A DNA stretch of 64,000 bases from an uncultured Chloroflexia bacterium (GTDB lineage Bacteria; Chloroflexota; Limnocylindria; Limnocylindrales; CSP1-4). A program made the position numbers and the translations under genes. Below the pieces are notes generated by a model, which saw only the letters and a list, made by a program, of their open reading frames with translations, searched no databases and was not told where the DNA came from. Below, piece after piece: positions 48,026 through 57,884 of this stretch. The stretch is taken from NCBI GenBank assembly GCA_963736025.1, contig CAVTNH010000007.1:11972-75971 (forward strand), in the 5' to 3' direction. The first letter of the stretch is position 1. Every line of letters starts with the position of its first letter.

Positions 48026-48165
48026 GTGGTCCTCTCCTTTCTGTCGCCCGGCTTTTCCGGTGCGCAGGGAGAGCATCGCCCCGCCGGGCCCGTCAGGGCA
48101 CCGACGTCGGTACCTGATCTGGCATCGTCATGTGTCCATATGCGTCCATGCCCGGGCGACGTCGC

Positions 48166-49846
48166 TCAACCGTCGAGCGCGGGGTCCTCGTACACGGGAG
48201 CGCCTTCGACGAAGGTCCCGACGACCCGGGCGTCCCCGATCGCGCCGGCCCCACGGTCGAACAGGTCGCGATCGAGCACCGTCAGGTCGGCCAGCTTCCC
48301 GACTTCGAGAGTGCCCGTGTCGCGATCCAGGTGGTTGACCTAGGCCGAGCCGGTCGTGAAGGCCGCGAGGGCGTCGACCAGCTCGATCCGCTCCTCGGGG
48401 ATGAACACCTCGCGCTCGACGAAGCCTGCGCGTTCTCGAGGGCCGACGATCACGTCGCGGTACTTCCGCTCGACCGCGAGCTCCATCTCCAGCAGCGGGT
48501 CCGCGCTCGACACGCTCCAGTCGGAACCCATGACCAGCACTGCGCCGGCCGCCCGCAGCGAACGGAACGGGTACTGCCAGCGCCAGCGATCGCCGATGAA
48601 CGGGATCGTGAGCTTCTCCATCTGGTCCTCGCGGGCGGCCCACAGGGGCTGGGCGTTCGCCGCCACGCCGAGCTCCCGGAACCGCCCGATGTCATCGGGG
48701 TGGATGACCTGGATGTGGGCGATGTGGGGCCGCGTGTCGGATGGCCCGTTCGCCCGACGGGCCGCTTCGACGGCGTCGAGCGCGACGCGGACCGCCCGGT
48801 CGCCGATCGCGTGGAAGTGGGGCTGGAACCCGAGCGTGTCGAGTCGCGGGACCCAGTCCATGAGGCCATCGGGCATCGAGCTGGAGGAGGCCCCGGTTGT
48901 CGGTGGTGCCGCCGTGCCCGTCGAGATAGGGATCGAGCATGGCGCCGGTGAAGTTCTCGAGGACGCCGTCCATCATCAGCTTGACGCTGGTCGGGGCGTA
49001 CCTGCCGATGGCGGTGGCGCGGCGGCGCTCGACGAACTCCTCGATCTGCTCGGCGCCGCGGTCGTGCTCCCACCACAGCGCACCGACGACGCGGGCCGTC
49101 AGCTCGCCGCGCGAGGCGAGCGCGACATAGGCCCGCTCCTCGCTCTCGGGTGTGACGATGGCGTCCTGCCACGCGGTGATCCCGAGCGAGTGCAGGTGCG
49201 CCTGGCCCAGCCGGAGCCCCTCCTCCTGATCGGCCGGGGTGTCGTCGGGCCCGAACTGGGCGACGAGGTCGATCGCGCCCTCGTGGAGCGTCCCGCTCGG
49301 CGTGCCGTCCGCGTCGCGCTCGATCCGCCCGTCCGATGGATCGGCGGTCGCGGCGGTGACTCCGGCAAGCTCGAGTGCCCGCGTGTTCACCCAGGCGCTG
49401 TGGCCATCGCGACTCTCCAGGATGGCGGGGCGATCCGACACGACCCGGTCGAGGTCTTCGCGTCGCGGGGCCCCGCCCTCGAATGCCGCCATGTACCAGC
49501 CGCCGCCGCGGATCCACGGATCGTCGGGCCGGTCGCGGGCGTACGTCGCGATGATCTCCAGGTAGTCCGAGGCGACCAGCGAGACGTGCAGGTTGCAGCG
49601 CAGCATCTCCACGCCGCTGCTGACCGGGTGGACGTGCGCGTCCTGGAAGCCAGGGGTGACCGTTCGCCCGCGCAGCTCGATGACACGCGTCCGCGGGCCG
49701 ATCAGCGGACGCACCGCCGCATCCGGTCCGACCGCCACGAGCCGTCCGTCGCGGACCGCGAGGGCGGTCGCCCAGCTCCGCGCCGCATCCATGGTGGCGA
49801 TGCGACCGCCCGTCAGGACGAGGTCGGCTGGCTGATCGACGGTCAT
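48166..49846 (-). CDS. Amidohydrolase 3 (YtcJ/NfdA-like), frameshift near 48875 and in-frame TAG at 48342-48340
   Basis: PGFQDAHVH, DGHSAWVN, HAIGDRA, IAHIQ, GSDW, GTLEVGKLAD. Confidence 0.85.
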
Positions 49847-49971
49847 GGGGCCTCCGTGATGCGGGCGACCGGGGCGTCGCCAGTCTCGCATCGGCACGCA
49901 CGGCCTTGGACGCGTATCGCACGTGCCGCGACGAGCCCGGCCGGGCGCCCGCCGCCCGCTAGCATCGCGCG

Positions 49972-50520
49972 ATGACTTCCGTCCACGTGCTCCATGCGGG
50001 CTACGCGACCGACCGCGTCGGTTCCAGCATCACCCTGGTCCGTGACGGCGACGCGCTGATCGTGGCGGACCCGGGGATGGTCGCGAACCGCTCGCTCATC
50101 CTCGATCCGCTGGCTGCCCTCGGCGTGTCCGCGGGCGACGTGACCCACGTCTTCCTGAGCCATCACCACCCGGACCACACGATCAACATCGCCCTGTTCC
50201 CGAACGCCGAGGTCGTCGACTTCTGGGCGCGCTACCGCGACGACCTGTGGCTCGATCACGACGGTGACGGCTACCGGCTCTCCCCGAAGGCCCAGCTGTG
50301 GCTGACGCCCGGCCACACCGAGGAGGACGCCACGCTCATCGTCGAGGCCGACGACGCCACGTACGCCCTGACCCATCTCTGGTGGCACACCGATCGAACG
50401 CCCGAGATCGACCCGCTCGGCGCCGACCAGGACGCGATCGAGCGCGGTCGCGCCAGGGTCCTCGCGACCGCCGACATCGTCATCCCCGGCCACGGCGGGG
50501 CGTTCCGGGTCCGCGGCTGA
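49972..50520 (+). CDS. MBL-fold metallo-hydrolase
   Basis: ADPG, SHHHPDH, TPGHT, IPGHG. Confidence 0.85.
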   Translation: MTSVHVLHAGYATDRVGSSITLVRDGDALIVADPGMVANRSLILDPLAALGVSAGDVTHVFLSHHHPDHTINIALFPNAEVVDFWARYRDDLWLDHDGDGYRLSPKAQLWLTPGHTEEDATLIVEADDATYALTHLWWHTDRTPEIDPLGADQDAIERGRARVLATADIVIPGHGGAFRVRG

Positions 50521-50533
50521 CGGCCGACGAGCC

Positions 50534-52117
50534 CTAGCCCGCTCCTTGAGCCGGCGGCGACGACGCCGATCCGCCCGCCGACGGGCCGGCTCGCAGCCCG
50601 AACCAGAACACCAGGGTCCCGATCACCAGCAGCACGGCGCACACCAGGATGGCGAGGTGGAACGCGTCCATCGAGGCCTGCGTGGCGGCCGCGGCCTGCG
50701 CGGCTGTGGCATCGGCGGGCGGGGGGTTGAGCGGCTGGAACGCGCTCCGGACCTCCGCCGAACCCGTGTCCAGGTCGGGCGCGCTCGTCGCGAGCGCCGA
50801 GTAGAACGTGGCACTGATCGCGATGAAGATGATCGCGCCGAGGAGCGGCTGGCCGACGCGCGAGATCGCGTTGTTGATCGCCGACCCGAGCCCCGAGAAG
50901 CGGCCGGGGACCGAGCCCATCAGCGTGCTCGTCAGCGGCGCGACGACCAGTGAGATCCCGATCCCGAACAGGATGATCGCGGGCAGGACGTCGACCAGCG
51001 CGTCGAGCGGCGGGATCAGGGTGCTCGGCGTCTCGACCGCGGCCAGCCACGGCTCCGAGTCGTACGGGAGCCGCGCGAACCAGAGCAGCCCGCCGGCCAT
51101 GATCAGCGGCCCGACGACGAGGAACGGGCGGGCCCCGACCCGGGCCGCCACCGTCCCGACCCGGGTGGACAGGACCGACAGCAGGATCCCGCTCGGCAGG
51201 CCGATGAGCCCGGCCCCGAGGGCCGTGTAGCCGAGCACGCCCTGGAGGACCAGCGGCTGGTAGCCGAACGTCACGTAGAGGGCGCCGTAGACGAAGAACG
51301 TGGCGAGATTGACGGTCGCGAACGCCCTCGAGCGGAAGAGCCCGAGCGGCACAAGGGGGTTCGGCCGGGTGGCCATCATGATCGGGAACAGCACGAGCGC
51401 GACGACCCCGACGACGATGGCGATCCAGGCGGCCGTGTCCGCCCATTCGTGCGCCTGGCCGCGGATGAGGCCGAACGCGAGACCGCCGACCGCGAGCGCC
51501 GCGACGAGGGCGCCGAGCCAGTCGAACCCCGCGGACGTCTCGGTGTCCTTCGATTCCTCCACATGGGTCACCGTCGCCCAGAGGGCGAACGCGAGCAGCG
51601 GCACGTTGATCAGGAACGCGAACCGCCAGCCGATCGTGTCGACCATGATCCCGCCGAAGATCGGCCCGATGACCGTCAGCGCCGACGTCGAGGCCGCCCA
51701 GATGCCGAACGCGCGGCCGCGCGCCTCGCCCTCGAAGGCGTGGGTGATGAGCGCGAGCGACCCCGGGATGAGCAACGCGCCGGCGGCCCCCTGGAGGAGC
51801 CGGAAGACGACCAGCAACTCGAGCGTCGGCGCGAGCCCGCACAGCGCGGAGGTGAGCGCGAACCCGGTCAGGCCGAGCGCATAGACGCGGCGCCGGCCGT
51901 AGTGGTCGCTCAGGGCGCCGGCGAGGATGAGCAGCGCGGCCAGGACGGCGAGGTAGCCGCTGACGACGTAGGCCTGACCCTCGAGCACGCCGACGAGCGA
52001 GGCCGGCAGGTCCTGCCCGATCCGCTTGAGCGCGACGCCGACGAGGGTCCCGTCGAGGAAGACGGCTCCGGAGCCGATGATCGTGGCGACGAGGGTCCAT
52101 CGCTGGCGTTGGGTCAT
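50534..52117 (-). CDS. MFS transporter (DHA2/EmrB-like)
   Basis: GALSDHYGRRR, LQGAAGALLIPGSLA; about 14 TM. Confidence 0.9.
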   Translation of the reverse strand: MTQRQRWTLVATIIGSGAVFLDGTLVGVALKRIGQDLPASLVGVLEGQAYVVSGYLAVLAALLILAGALSDHYGRRRVYALGLTGFALTSALCGLAPTLELLVVFRLLQGAAGALLIPGSLALITHAFEGEARGRAFGIWAASTSALTVIGPIFGGIMVDTIGWRFAFLINVPLLAFALWATVTHVEESKDTETSAGFDWLGALVAALAVGGLAFGLIRGQAHEWADTAAWIAIVVGVVALVLFPIMMATRPNPLVPLGLFRSRAFATVNLATFFVYGALYVTFGYQPLVLQGVLGYTALGAGLIGLPSGILLSVLSTRVGTVAARVGARPFLVVGPLIMAGGLLWFARLPYDSEPWLAAVETPSTLIPPLDALVDVLPAIILFGIGISLVVAPLTSTLMGSVPGRFSGLGSAINNAISRVGQPLLGAIIFIAISATFYSALATSAPDLDTGSAEVRSAFQPLNPPPADATAAQAAAATQASMDAFHLAILVCAVLLVIGTLVFWFGLRAGPSAGGSASSPPAQGAG

Positions 52118-52178
52118 GCCCCGGCAGTGTCGCAGCATCGTCGCCGCGTGGACAAGGCCTTCGGACTAGACTCTGCCG

Positions 52179-52886
52179 ATGCCCGGACCCGTGGCGCTCG
52201 TCGGCGCCGGTGAGTTCCTTCCCGCGATGGCCGGATTCGACCTCGAATTGCTGGCCGCGACGGGCCGCCCGCGCCCGCGCGTGGCGATCCTGCCGACCGC
52301 CTCATACCCCGATGGCGAGGAGGTGTTCGACCGCTGGGCGTCGATGGGCGTCGCCCATTTCGGGGAGCTCGGCGCCGAGGTCGAGCCGGTCCTGGTCCGC
52401 GATCGCCACGACGCCGACGACGCGGCCGCGGCCCAGGCCATCGGCGAGGCCGATCTCGTCTATCTCTCGGGCGGCAAGCCCGGCTACCTGCTGAGCGTGC
52501 TCGACGGCAGCGCGGTGGGCCGGGCCCTGATGGCGGCGCACGAGCGCGGCGCCGTCCTGGCCGGGTGCTCGGCCGGGGCGATGGCGCTGGCTGGACATGT
52601 CTTCGACCTGCGGGTCCGGGTGCTCCCGTTCCCGCTGCGCTGGCGGCCGGCCCTCGGGTTCGCGCCGAGCGCGTCGGTCGTGCCGCACTACGACGCGTGG
52701 CCCGAGCCGATGTCCGCGCTCGTGGCGCTCCAGGCGCCGCGCGGGTCGGTCGTGCTCGGGATCGACGAGGAGACCGCCGTCATCGGCCGCGACGGGTCCT
52801 GGCAGGTCCACGGCGCGGCCCGGGTGACGGTCTGGCGGGGTCACCGGCGCGAGCGGCATCGCGCCGGGGAGACGTTCCGCCTCTAG
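52179..52886 (+). CDS. Peptidase S51 / cyanophycinase-like protein
   Basis: ILPTAS, YLSGG, GCSAGAM, VPHYD, GIDEET. Confidence 0.85.
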   Translation: MPGPVALVGAGEFLPAMAGFDLELLAATGRPRPRVAILPTASYPDGEEVFDRWASMGVAHFGELGAEVEPVLVRDRHDADDAAAAQAIGEADLVYLSGGKPGYLLSVLDGSAVGRALMAAHERGAVLAGCSAGAMALAGHVFDLRVRVLPFPLRWRPALGFAPSASVVPHYDAWPEPMSALVALQAPRGSVVLGIDEETAVIGRDGSWQVHGAARVTVWRGHRRERHRAGETFRL

Positions 52887-52896
52887 CTGCGCCGGT

Positions 52897-53241
52897 CTAG
52901 GCGGTGTCCGGGCGGACGGTCCGGAAGCAGTCGGAGCAGTAGACCGGTCGGTCCATCCGCGGCTTGAACGGGACCTGGGCCTGGTTGCCGCAGGACGAGC
53001 AGATGACGGCGAAATACTCACGCGAGGCGCGGTCGTCGCCACGCTCGTAGCCGCGCGGTCCACCGATCTCCCGGACGTCGTACCCGGGATCCCGGGCGGC
53101 TCGACGGCTGGCGCGGCAGCTCGTGCAGCGCTTCGGTTCGCTGGTGAACCCCTTCTCCACGTAGTACTCCTGGTCGGCCGCGGAGTGGATGAATTCCACC
53201 CCGCAGTCGACACAGGTCAGGGTTCGATCGACGTAGGTCAC
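52897..53241 (-). CDS. Zinc-ribbon / CxxC-x17-CxxC domain protein
   Basis: LTCVDCG..F..EPKRCTSC; CSSCG..VPFKP..RPVYCSDCF; GGAGG RBS. Confidence 0.88.
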   Translation of the reverse strand: MTYVDRTLTCVDCGVEFIHSAADQEYYVEKGFTSEPKRCTSCRASRRAARDPGYDVREIGGPRGYERGDDRASREYFAVICSSCGNQAQVPFKPRMDRPVYCSDCFRTVRPDTA

Positions 53242-53642
53242 TTGCTCCTCCGAGGGATCACGAGTTCGGTGTTCGTGCGCCCGGAGGGCAGCCGCATCGG
53301 CGGACGGGACGTGCGAGGTGCTGGCGAGAGAAGCCGGGGCCGCGCGACCCAAGGTGCCGATATGGAGTTCCCTGTTCGGGGCGCACCGGGTGTCAGGCCG
53401 CGCATGATACGACGCATCCGCGATTCTGGGTCGTCGAGCGACGCCGGCGCTGCCGAGTGGCGGTCGTGACACCGTACCTGTCACAATGAGAGACGAGATT
53501 CGGGGCGGCGAGCGGGGAGTCATGGGGGCGCCTCGCTCGCGCTGGACCCGCGGGCCGCTCGGCGGCCCGATCGGGCCCAGCCCGACCGCCCGGGTCGCGT
53601 CGTCCGGATCGTGACCGACCAGGGAGGCCCGCCGACAACCGG

Positions 53643-54812
53643 ATGCTACGGATCATCCACACCGCGGACATCCATCTCGGCGCGCGCCACGACGACCTCG
53701 GGGTCCAGGCGGCCGCCCAGCGGGATCGCCAGTTCGCCGCGTTCCGCGCCACGGTCGACCTGGCCCTGGCCGAGAAGGTCGACCTCTTCCTGATCGCCGG
53801 CGACCTCTTCGACTCCAACGTCCAGCCGCGTCGCTCGGTCGAGCGCGTCGTCGGCGAGCTCAAGCGCCTCGTCGAGGCGCGCATCCGGACGGTCATCATC
53901 CCCGGCACCCACGACGTCTACGACCGGACCTCGATCTATCGCGCGTACGACCTCAAGGCGATGGCCGGCAGCACCGAGCGCGACGATCTCGTGACCGTCC
54001 TCACGCCCGACGTGTCCAGGATCCACCTCCCCGCGCTGGACGCGGTCGTCGTGGCCCGCGTCTTCGACACCAAGCGCGCCCCGTCCAGCCCGCTCGCCGG
54101 ACTCGACGCATCGACCGATGCGGCGGGTGCGACCTGGCGGATCGGCATGGTCCACGGCTCGATCGCCATCCCCGGCAAGACCGATCGCGACGAGGTCGTC
54201 ATCACGACCGAGGAGATCGCGAACTCCCGGCTCGACTACCTCGCACTCGGTCACTGGCACTCGACGCAGCAGGCTCGCGCGGGCGCGGTCGCCTACGCGT
54301 ACGCCGGCGCCCCGGAGGCGGTCGCCCTCGACCAGGATCGCGCGGGCAAGGTCCTGCTCGTCGAGCTCGAGAACGTCGACGGCAAGCGGATCGTCACGAT
54401 CGAGGACCGGATCGTGGGTCGGACCACGTTCCAGCGCGTCCAGCTCGACGCGACCGGGATCGGCACGCAACCCGAGCTCATCGCGGGTCTGGCCAAGCGG
54501 GCCGACCCCGATCTGGTGCTCGACGTGCGGATCGTCGGCGTCCGGCCGGACGAGCTCGACCTCCACATCGACGAGATCGAATCGGCGCTCGCCCCCTCGT
54601 TCCTCAAGGTCCGCGTGCGCGACGTCTCGCTGCCCGCGTTGACCGAGGGCACGCTGCCGTCGCCCGACACCGTGGTCGGGGCCTTCATCCGCGACCTGGA
54701 GGCGCAGATCGCCGAGCTCGAGGCGGCCGACAAGGCCGACGAGGCTGCCGAGCTGCGCGACGCCCTGCGTCTCGGGCGGTTGCTGCTGGCCGGCCACGAG
54801 GTCTCGCTGTGA
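53643..54812 (+). CDS. SbcD/Mre11-family metallophosphoesterase nuclease
   Basis: HTADIHLG, IAGDLFD, PGTHD, MVHG, YLALGHWH. Confidence 0.9.
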   Translation: MLRIIHTADIHLGARHDDLGVQAAAQRDRQFAAFRATVDLALAEKVDLFLIAGDLFDSNVQPRRSVERVVGELKRLVEARIRTVIIPGTHDVYDRTSIYRAYDLKAMAGSTERDDLVTVLTPDVSRIHLPALDAVVVARVFDTKRAPSSPLAGLDASTDAAGATWRIGMVHGSIAIPGKTDRDEVVITTEEIANSRLDYLALGHWHSTQQARAGAVAYAYAGAPEAVALDQDRAGKVLLVELENVDGKRIVTIEDRIVGRTTFQRVQLDATGIGTQPELIAGLAKRADPDLVLDVRIVGVRPDELDLHIDEIESALAPSFLKVRVRDVSLPALTEGTLPSPDTVVGAFIRDLEAQIAELEAADKADEAAELRDALRLGRLLLAGHEVSL

Positions 54813-56989
54813 GGATCCGCCGGCTCGAGCTGCGCGACTTCCGCCGCTACCGCCACCTCTCCGTCGACCTGGCGCCCGGCCTGACGGTCGTCCGCGGCCC
54901 GAACGAGGCGGGCAAGTCGACGATCCAGCGGGCGATCGAGCTCGCCATCACCCGCCGGGTGACGAGCTCGGCCGGCGACCTGGACGCGTTCCGCCCGTGG
55001 GACGCCGCGGAGGACGCGCGCTCGGTCATCACCGTCGATTTCGAGCAGGACGACGAGGACGGCGCGAAGGCCGGCCAACTCGAGAAGACCTTCGCCGGGT
55101 CGCGGGGGACGGTCCGGCTCGACTACGACGGCCAGTCCATCACGGACCCGGCCCTGGCCGACCAGGTCCTCGCCGAGCTGACCGGCATCCCCAACGAGGC
55201 CTTCTTCCGCTCGACCGCGTCCGTCCGCCATCACGAGCTCGCCGACCTGGACCACGACGAGGGCACCCTGCGCGACCGGCTCCAGGCGTCGATCAGCGGC
55301 GGGGACCGCGGGACCAGCCGGGCCAAGCGAAAGCTGGAACAGGCCATCCACGGCCTCACGACCAAGGGCGACAAGAATCCGGGTCTCCTGAAGGTCGCGG
55401 AAGCCGAGGTCGTCCGGTCCGGGCAGGCCCTCGAACAGGGTGACCTGGCCCTCGCCCAGCTGGCTCGCGATCGCGATGCCCTCGCGGGCGCCCTCGAGCG
55501 CCGCGCCCAGGCCGAGACGGCCCTGGCCGAGCGTCGCGGGATGCTGGAGAAGGCACGCCAGGCCGAACGCCTCGCCACCGAGCGCGCCGCGGCCCAGGAC
55601 CGCTACGAGCGATTCCGGCAGGCCGTCGAGGTGAACGACCAGATCGCGCTCCTCGCCGCCACCCATCCGTCGCCCAACCCGCTCCCGGTCCTCCGTGCCG
55701 GCGTCGAGCGCCTCCGGGCCCTCGACCAGAAGGCGCGGGAGCTGCGGGCCGCCCTCGCGGGCGAGGTCCCGGTCACCTTCGAGGTCGAGGCCGAGCCGAG
55801 CTGGCGCCCCCTGTCGCGCTGGGGCGTCGCGCTGACGATCATCGGCCTCGTCATCGCCGGCGGCTCGATCGCCGTCGATGTCCTCGGCATCGCGGAGCCG
55901 GGCACCATCCCGAGCCTCATCGGCGGGATCATCGGCGGCATCGGGCTCATCCTCGCCGCGGTCGCGTTGTGGATGCGCCGCAGCTACCACATGGGCACCG
56001 AGCTCCGCGACACCGAGATCGACCGACGCCTCCGGGGTCGATCCGAGATCGAGGCGGAGCTCGCCGTCGTCGAGGCCGACCTCGCGAAGCGTCTCGAGGG
56101 GCTGGGTCTGGCCGACATCGCGACGGCCGAGGACCTGCTCACGCGCGAGGAGGCACACGTCGCGCGGATCGACGTCCTCGCCGCGCAGCTCGAGGGGCTC
56201 GTCGGCAAGCAGCCGCCCGAATCGCTCGTCCCGACGCGCGACGCCGCGGCCCTGGAGATCTCCGAGAGGAACAGCGCGCTCGAGGCCCTCGGGCCGATCG
56301 CCAAGGAGCCGCGCGCCCGCGAGCGTCTCGAGGTCGAGGTCCGCGACCAGGAGACGGCGCTCGAGCGCGCCCGCGACGACGAGGCCAACGCCCGGGCCAG
56401 GGTCGAGGCGAACGCGGTCGACGCCGAAGAAGTCGCCGGCCACGCGGAATCGCTGGCCCGGTGGAACGAGGAGCTCGCCGCGCTCCAGCGCCGCCAGCGC
56501 GTCTACACCACTGCGCTCGACATGATCGTCAAGGCCGAGCAGGCGACGATGAAGTCGGCGACCCGCTTCCTCGAGAAGCGGATGGTCCGCGACCTCGACG
56601 GGGCGACGGCCGGTCGATACCGCCACGTCCGCGTGGACGACAAGACCCTCGACATCGAGGTCCGGGCCCCGGAGAAGCGCGACTGGGTCAAGGTCACCGC
56701 GCTCAGCCAGGGCACGATGGACCTCGTCTACCTGACCGCGCGGCTGGGCCTCGTCCGGCTCGTGACCGGCGATCGCCGTCCGCCGCTCATCTTCGACGAC
56801 CCGTTCGTCACCCTCGACGACGCCCGGGCGGCCCGCGCCCTGACCCTCCTCAAGGGCATCACGACCGACTTCCAGGTCATCTACCTGACCTGCTCCGAGC
56901 GCTACGACGCTGTCGCCGACGCGGTCGTCGAGCTGCCCGGGCCGACGGCGGTCGACGACGATGCCCCGCCTGAGGGATCCGGCCCCTGA
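54809..56989 (+). CDS. SMC/Rad50-like ATPase (YhaN/AAA_27 type) with two central TM helices
   Basis: GPNEAGKS, coiled coils, LSQG signature, PLIFDDPF. Confidence 0.88.
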   Translation: MRIRRLELRDFRRYRHLSVDLAPGLTVVRGPNEAGKSTIQRAIELAITRRVTSSAGDLDAFRPWDAAEDARSVITVDFEQDDEDGAKAGQLEKTFAGSRGTVRLDYDGQSITDPALADQVLAELTGIPNEAFFRSTASVRHHELADLDHDEGTLRDRLQASISGGDRGTSRAKRKLEQAIHGLTTKGDKNPGLLKVAEAEVVRSGQALEQGDLALAQLARDRDALAGALERRAQAETALAERRGMLEKARQAERLATERAAAQDRYERFRQAVEVNDQIALLAATHPSPNPLPVLRAGVERLRALDQKARELRAALAGEVPVTFEVEAEPSWRPLSRWGVALTIIGLVIAGGSIAVDVLGIAEPGTIPSLIGGIIGGIGLILAAVALWMRRSYHMGTELRDTEIDRRLRGRSEIEAELAVVEADLAKRLEGLGLADIATAEDLLTREEAHVARIDVLAAQLEGLVGKQPPESLVPTRDAAALEISERNSALEALGPIAKEPRARERLEVEVRDQETALERARDDEANARARVEANAVDAEEVAGHAESLARWNEELAALQRRQRVYTTALDMIVKAEQATMKSATRFLEKRMVRDLDGATAGRYRHVRVDDKTLDIEVRAPEKRDWVKVTALSQGTMDLVYLTARLGLVRLVTGDRRPPLIFDDPFVTLDDARAARALTLLKGITTDFQVIYLTCSERYDAVADAVVELPGPTAVDDDAPPEGSGP

Positions 56990-57843
56990 TCGGACCCGAC
57001 CCGGCGATCGCGACCGTCCTGTTCGGGCTGGTGTCCGCCGTCGCGTGGGGAGGCGGTGACTTCGGGGGCGGCCTGATGAGCCGGCGCACCTCCGTGTTCG
57101 GCGTCGCGCTCATCTCGCAGGTCGTGGGCATGGTGGTCTCGGTCGGCCTGACCGTCCTCCGCGACGAGGGCATGCCGACCGCCGCCGACGTCGGGTGGTC
57201 CGTCCTCGGCGGGATCGCCGGCGGCGTCGGGATCACGTCCCTGTACCGCGGCCTGGCCGTCGGGCGGATGGGGATCGTCGCACCGGTCACCGGCGTCCTC
57301 GCCGCGATCATCCCGGTCGCCGCGGGCATCGTGCTCGAAGGCTGGCCGGACCAGCTCGTCACCGTCGGCATCGTCGTCGCGATCGTCGCGGTCGTGCTGG
57401 TGTCGCGCGTCGCGGACGAGGGCGGCGGGCGGGCCGGCCTCGGCCTGGCGGTGCTGGCCGGTTCGATGATCGGCCTGTTCAGCGTGTGCATCGCCCAGGT
57501 CAGCGACGGCCACGTCTTCGGCCCGCTCTCGATCGTCCGGACCGCCGAGGCCGTGCTGATCGTGGGCATCATCCTCGTCACCCGCTCGGACTGGCGGCCG
57601 CCCCGAACGCTCGTCCTCCCGCTGGTCGGGATCGGCGTCCTCGACATGGTCGGCAACGGCGCCTACATCCTGGCCGTCCAGAGCGGCGCGCTGGCGGTCG
57701 CGTCGGTGGTGTCGTCGCTGTACCCGGTCACGACCGTGATCCTCGCCACGGTCTTCCTGCGCGAGCGCGTGACCCGATCGCATGCCGCCGGGATCGGACT
57801 GGCGGCCCTCGCGATCGTCCTCATCGGGGTCGGCAGCAGCTAG
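56989..57843 (+). CDS. EamA/DMT transporter, copy 1 (start non-canonical or uncertain)
   Basis: WGGGDFGGG, LYRGLAVGRMGIVAPV, SSLYPVTTV, LRERV. Confidence 0.85.
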   Translation: MGPDPAIATVLFGLVSAVAWGGGDFGGGLMSRRTSVFGVALISQVVGMVVSVGLTVLRDEGMPTAADVGWSVLGGIAGGVGITSLYRGLAVGRMGIVAPVTGVLAAIIPVAAGIVLEGWPDQLVTVGIVVAIVAVVLVSRVADEGGGRAGLGLAVLAGSMIGLFSVCIAQVSDGHVFGPLSIVRTAEAVLIVGIILVTRSDWRPPRTLVLPLVGIGVLDMVGNGAYILAVQSGALAVASVVSSLYPVTTVILATVFLRERVTRSHAAGIGLAALAIVLIGVGSS

Positions 57844-57884
57844 ACCCGAGAAGGGATCAAACGCCCCGTCGCGATGATGCGGCC

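Noticed and set aside
53466-53485. CRP/FNR site
   Set aside because: The GTGA and TCAC half-sites are 11 nt apart rather than 6.
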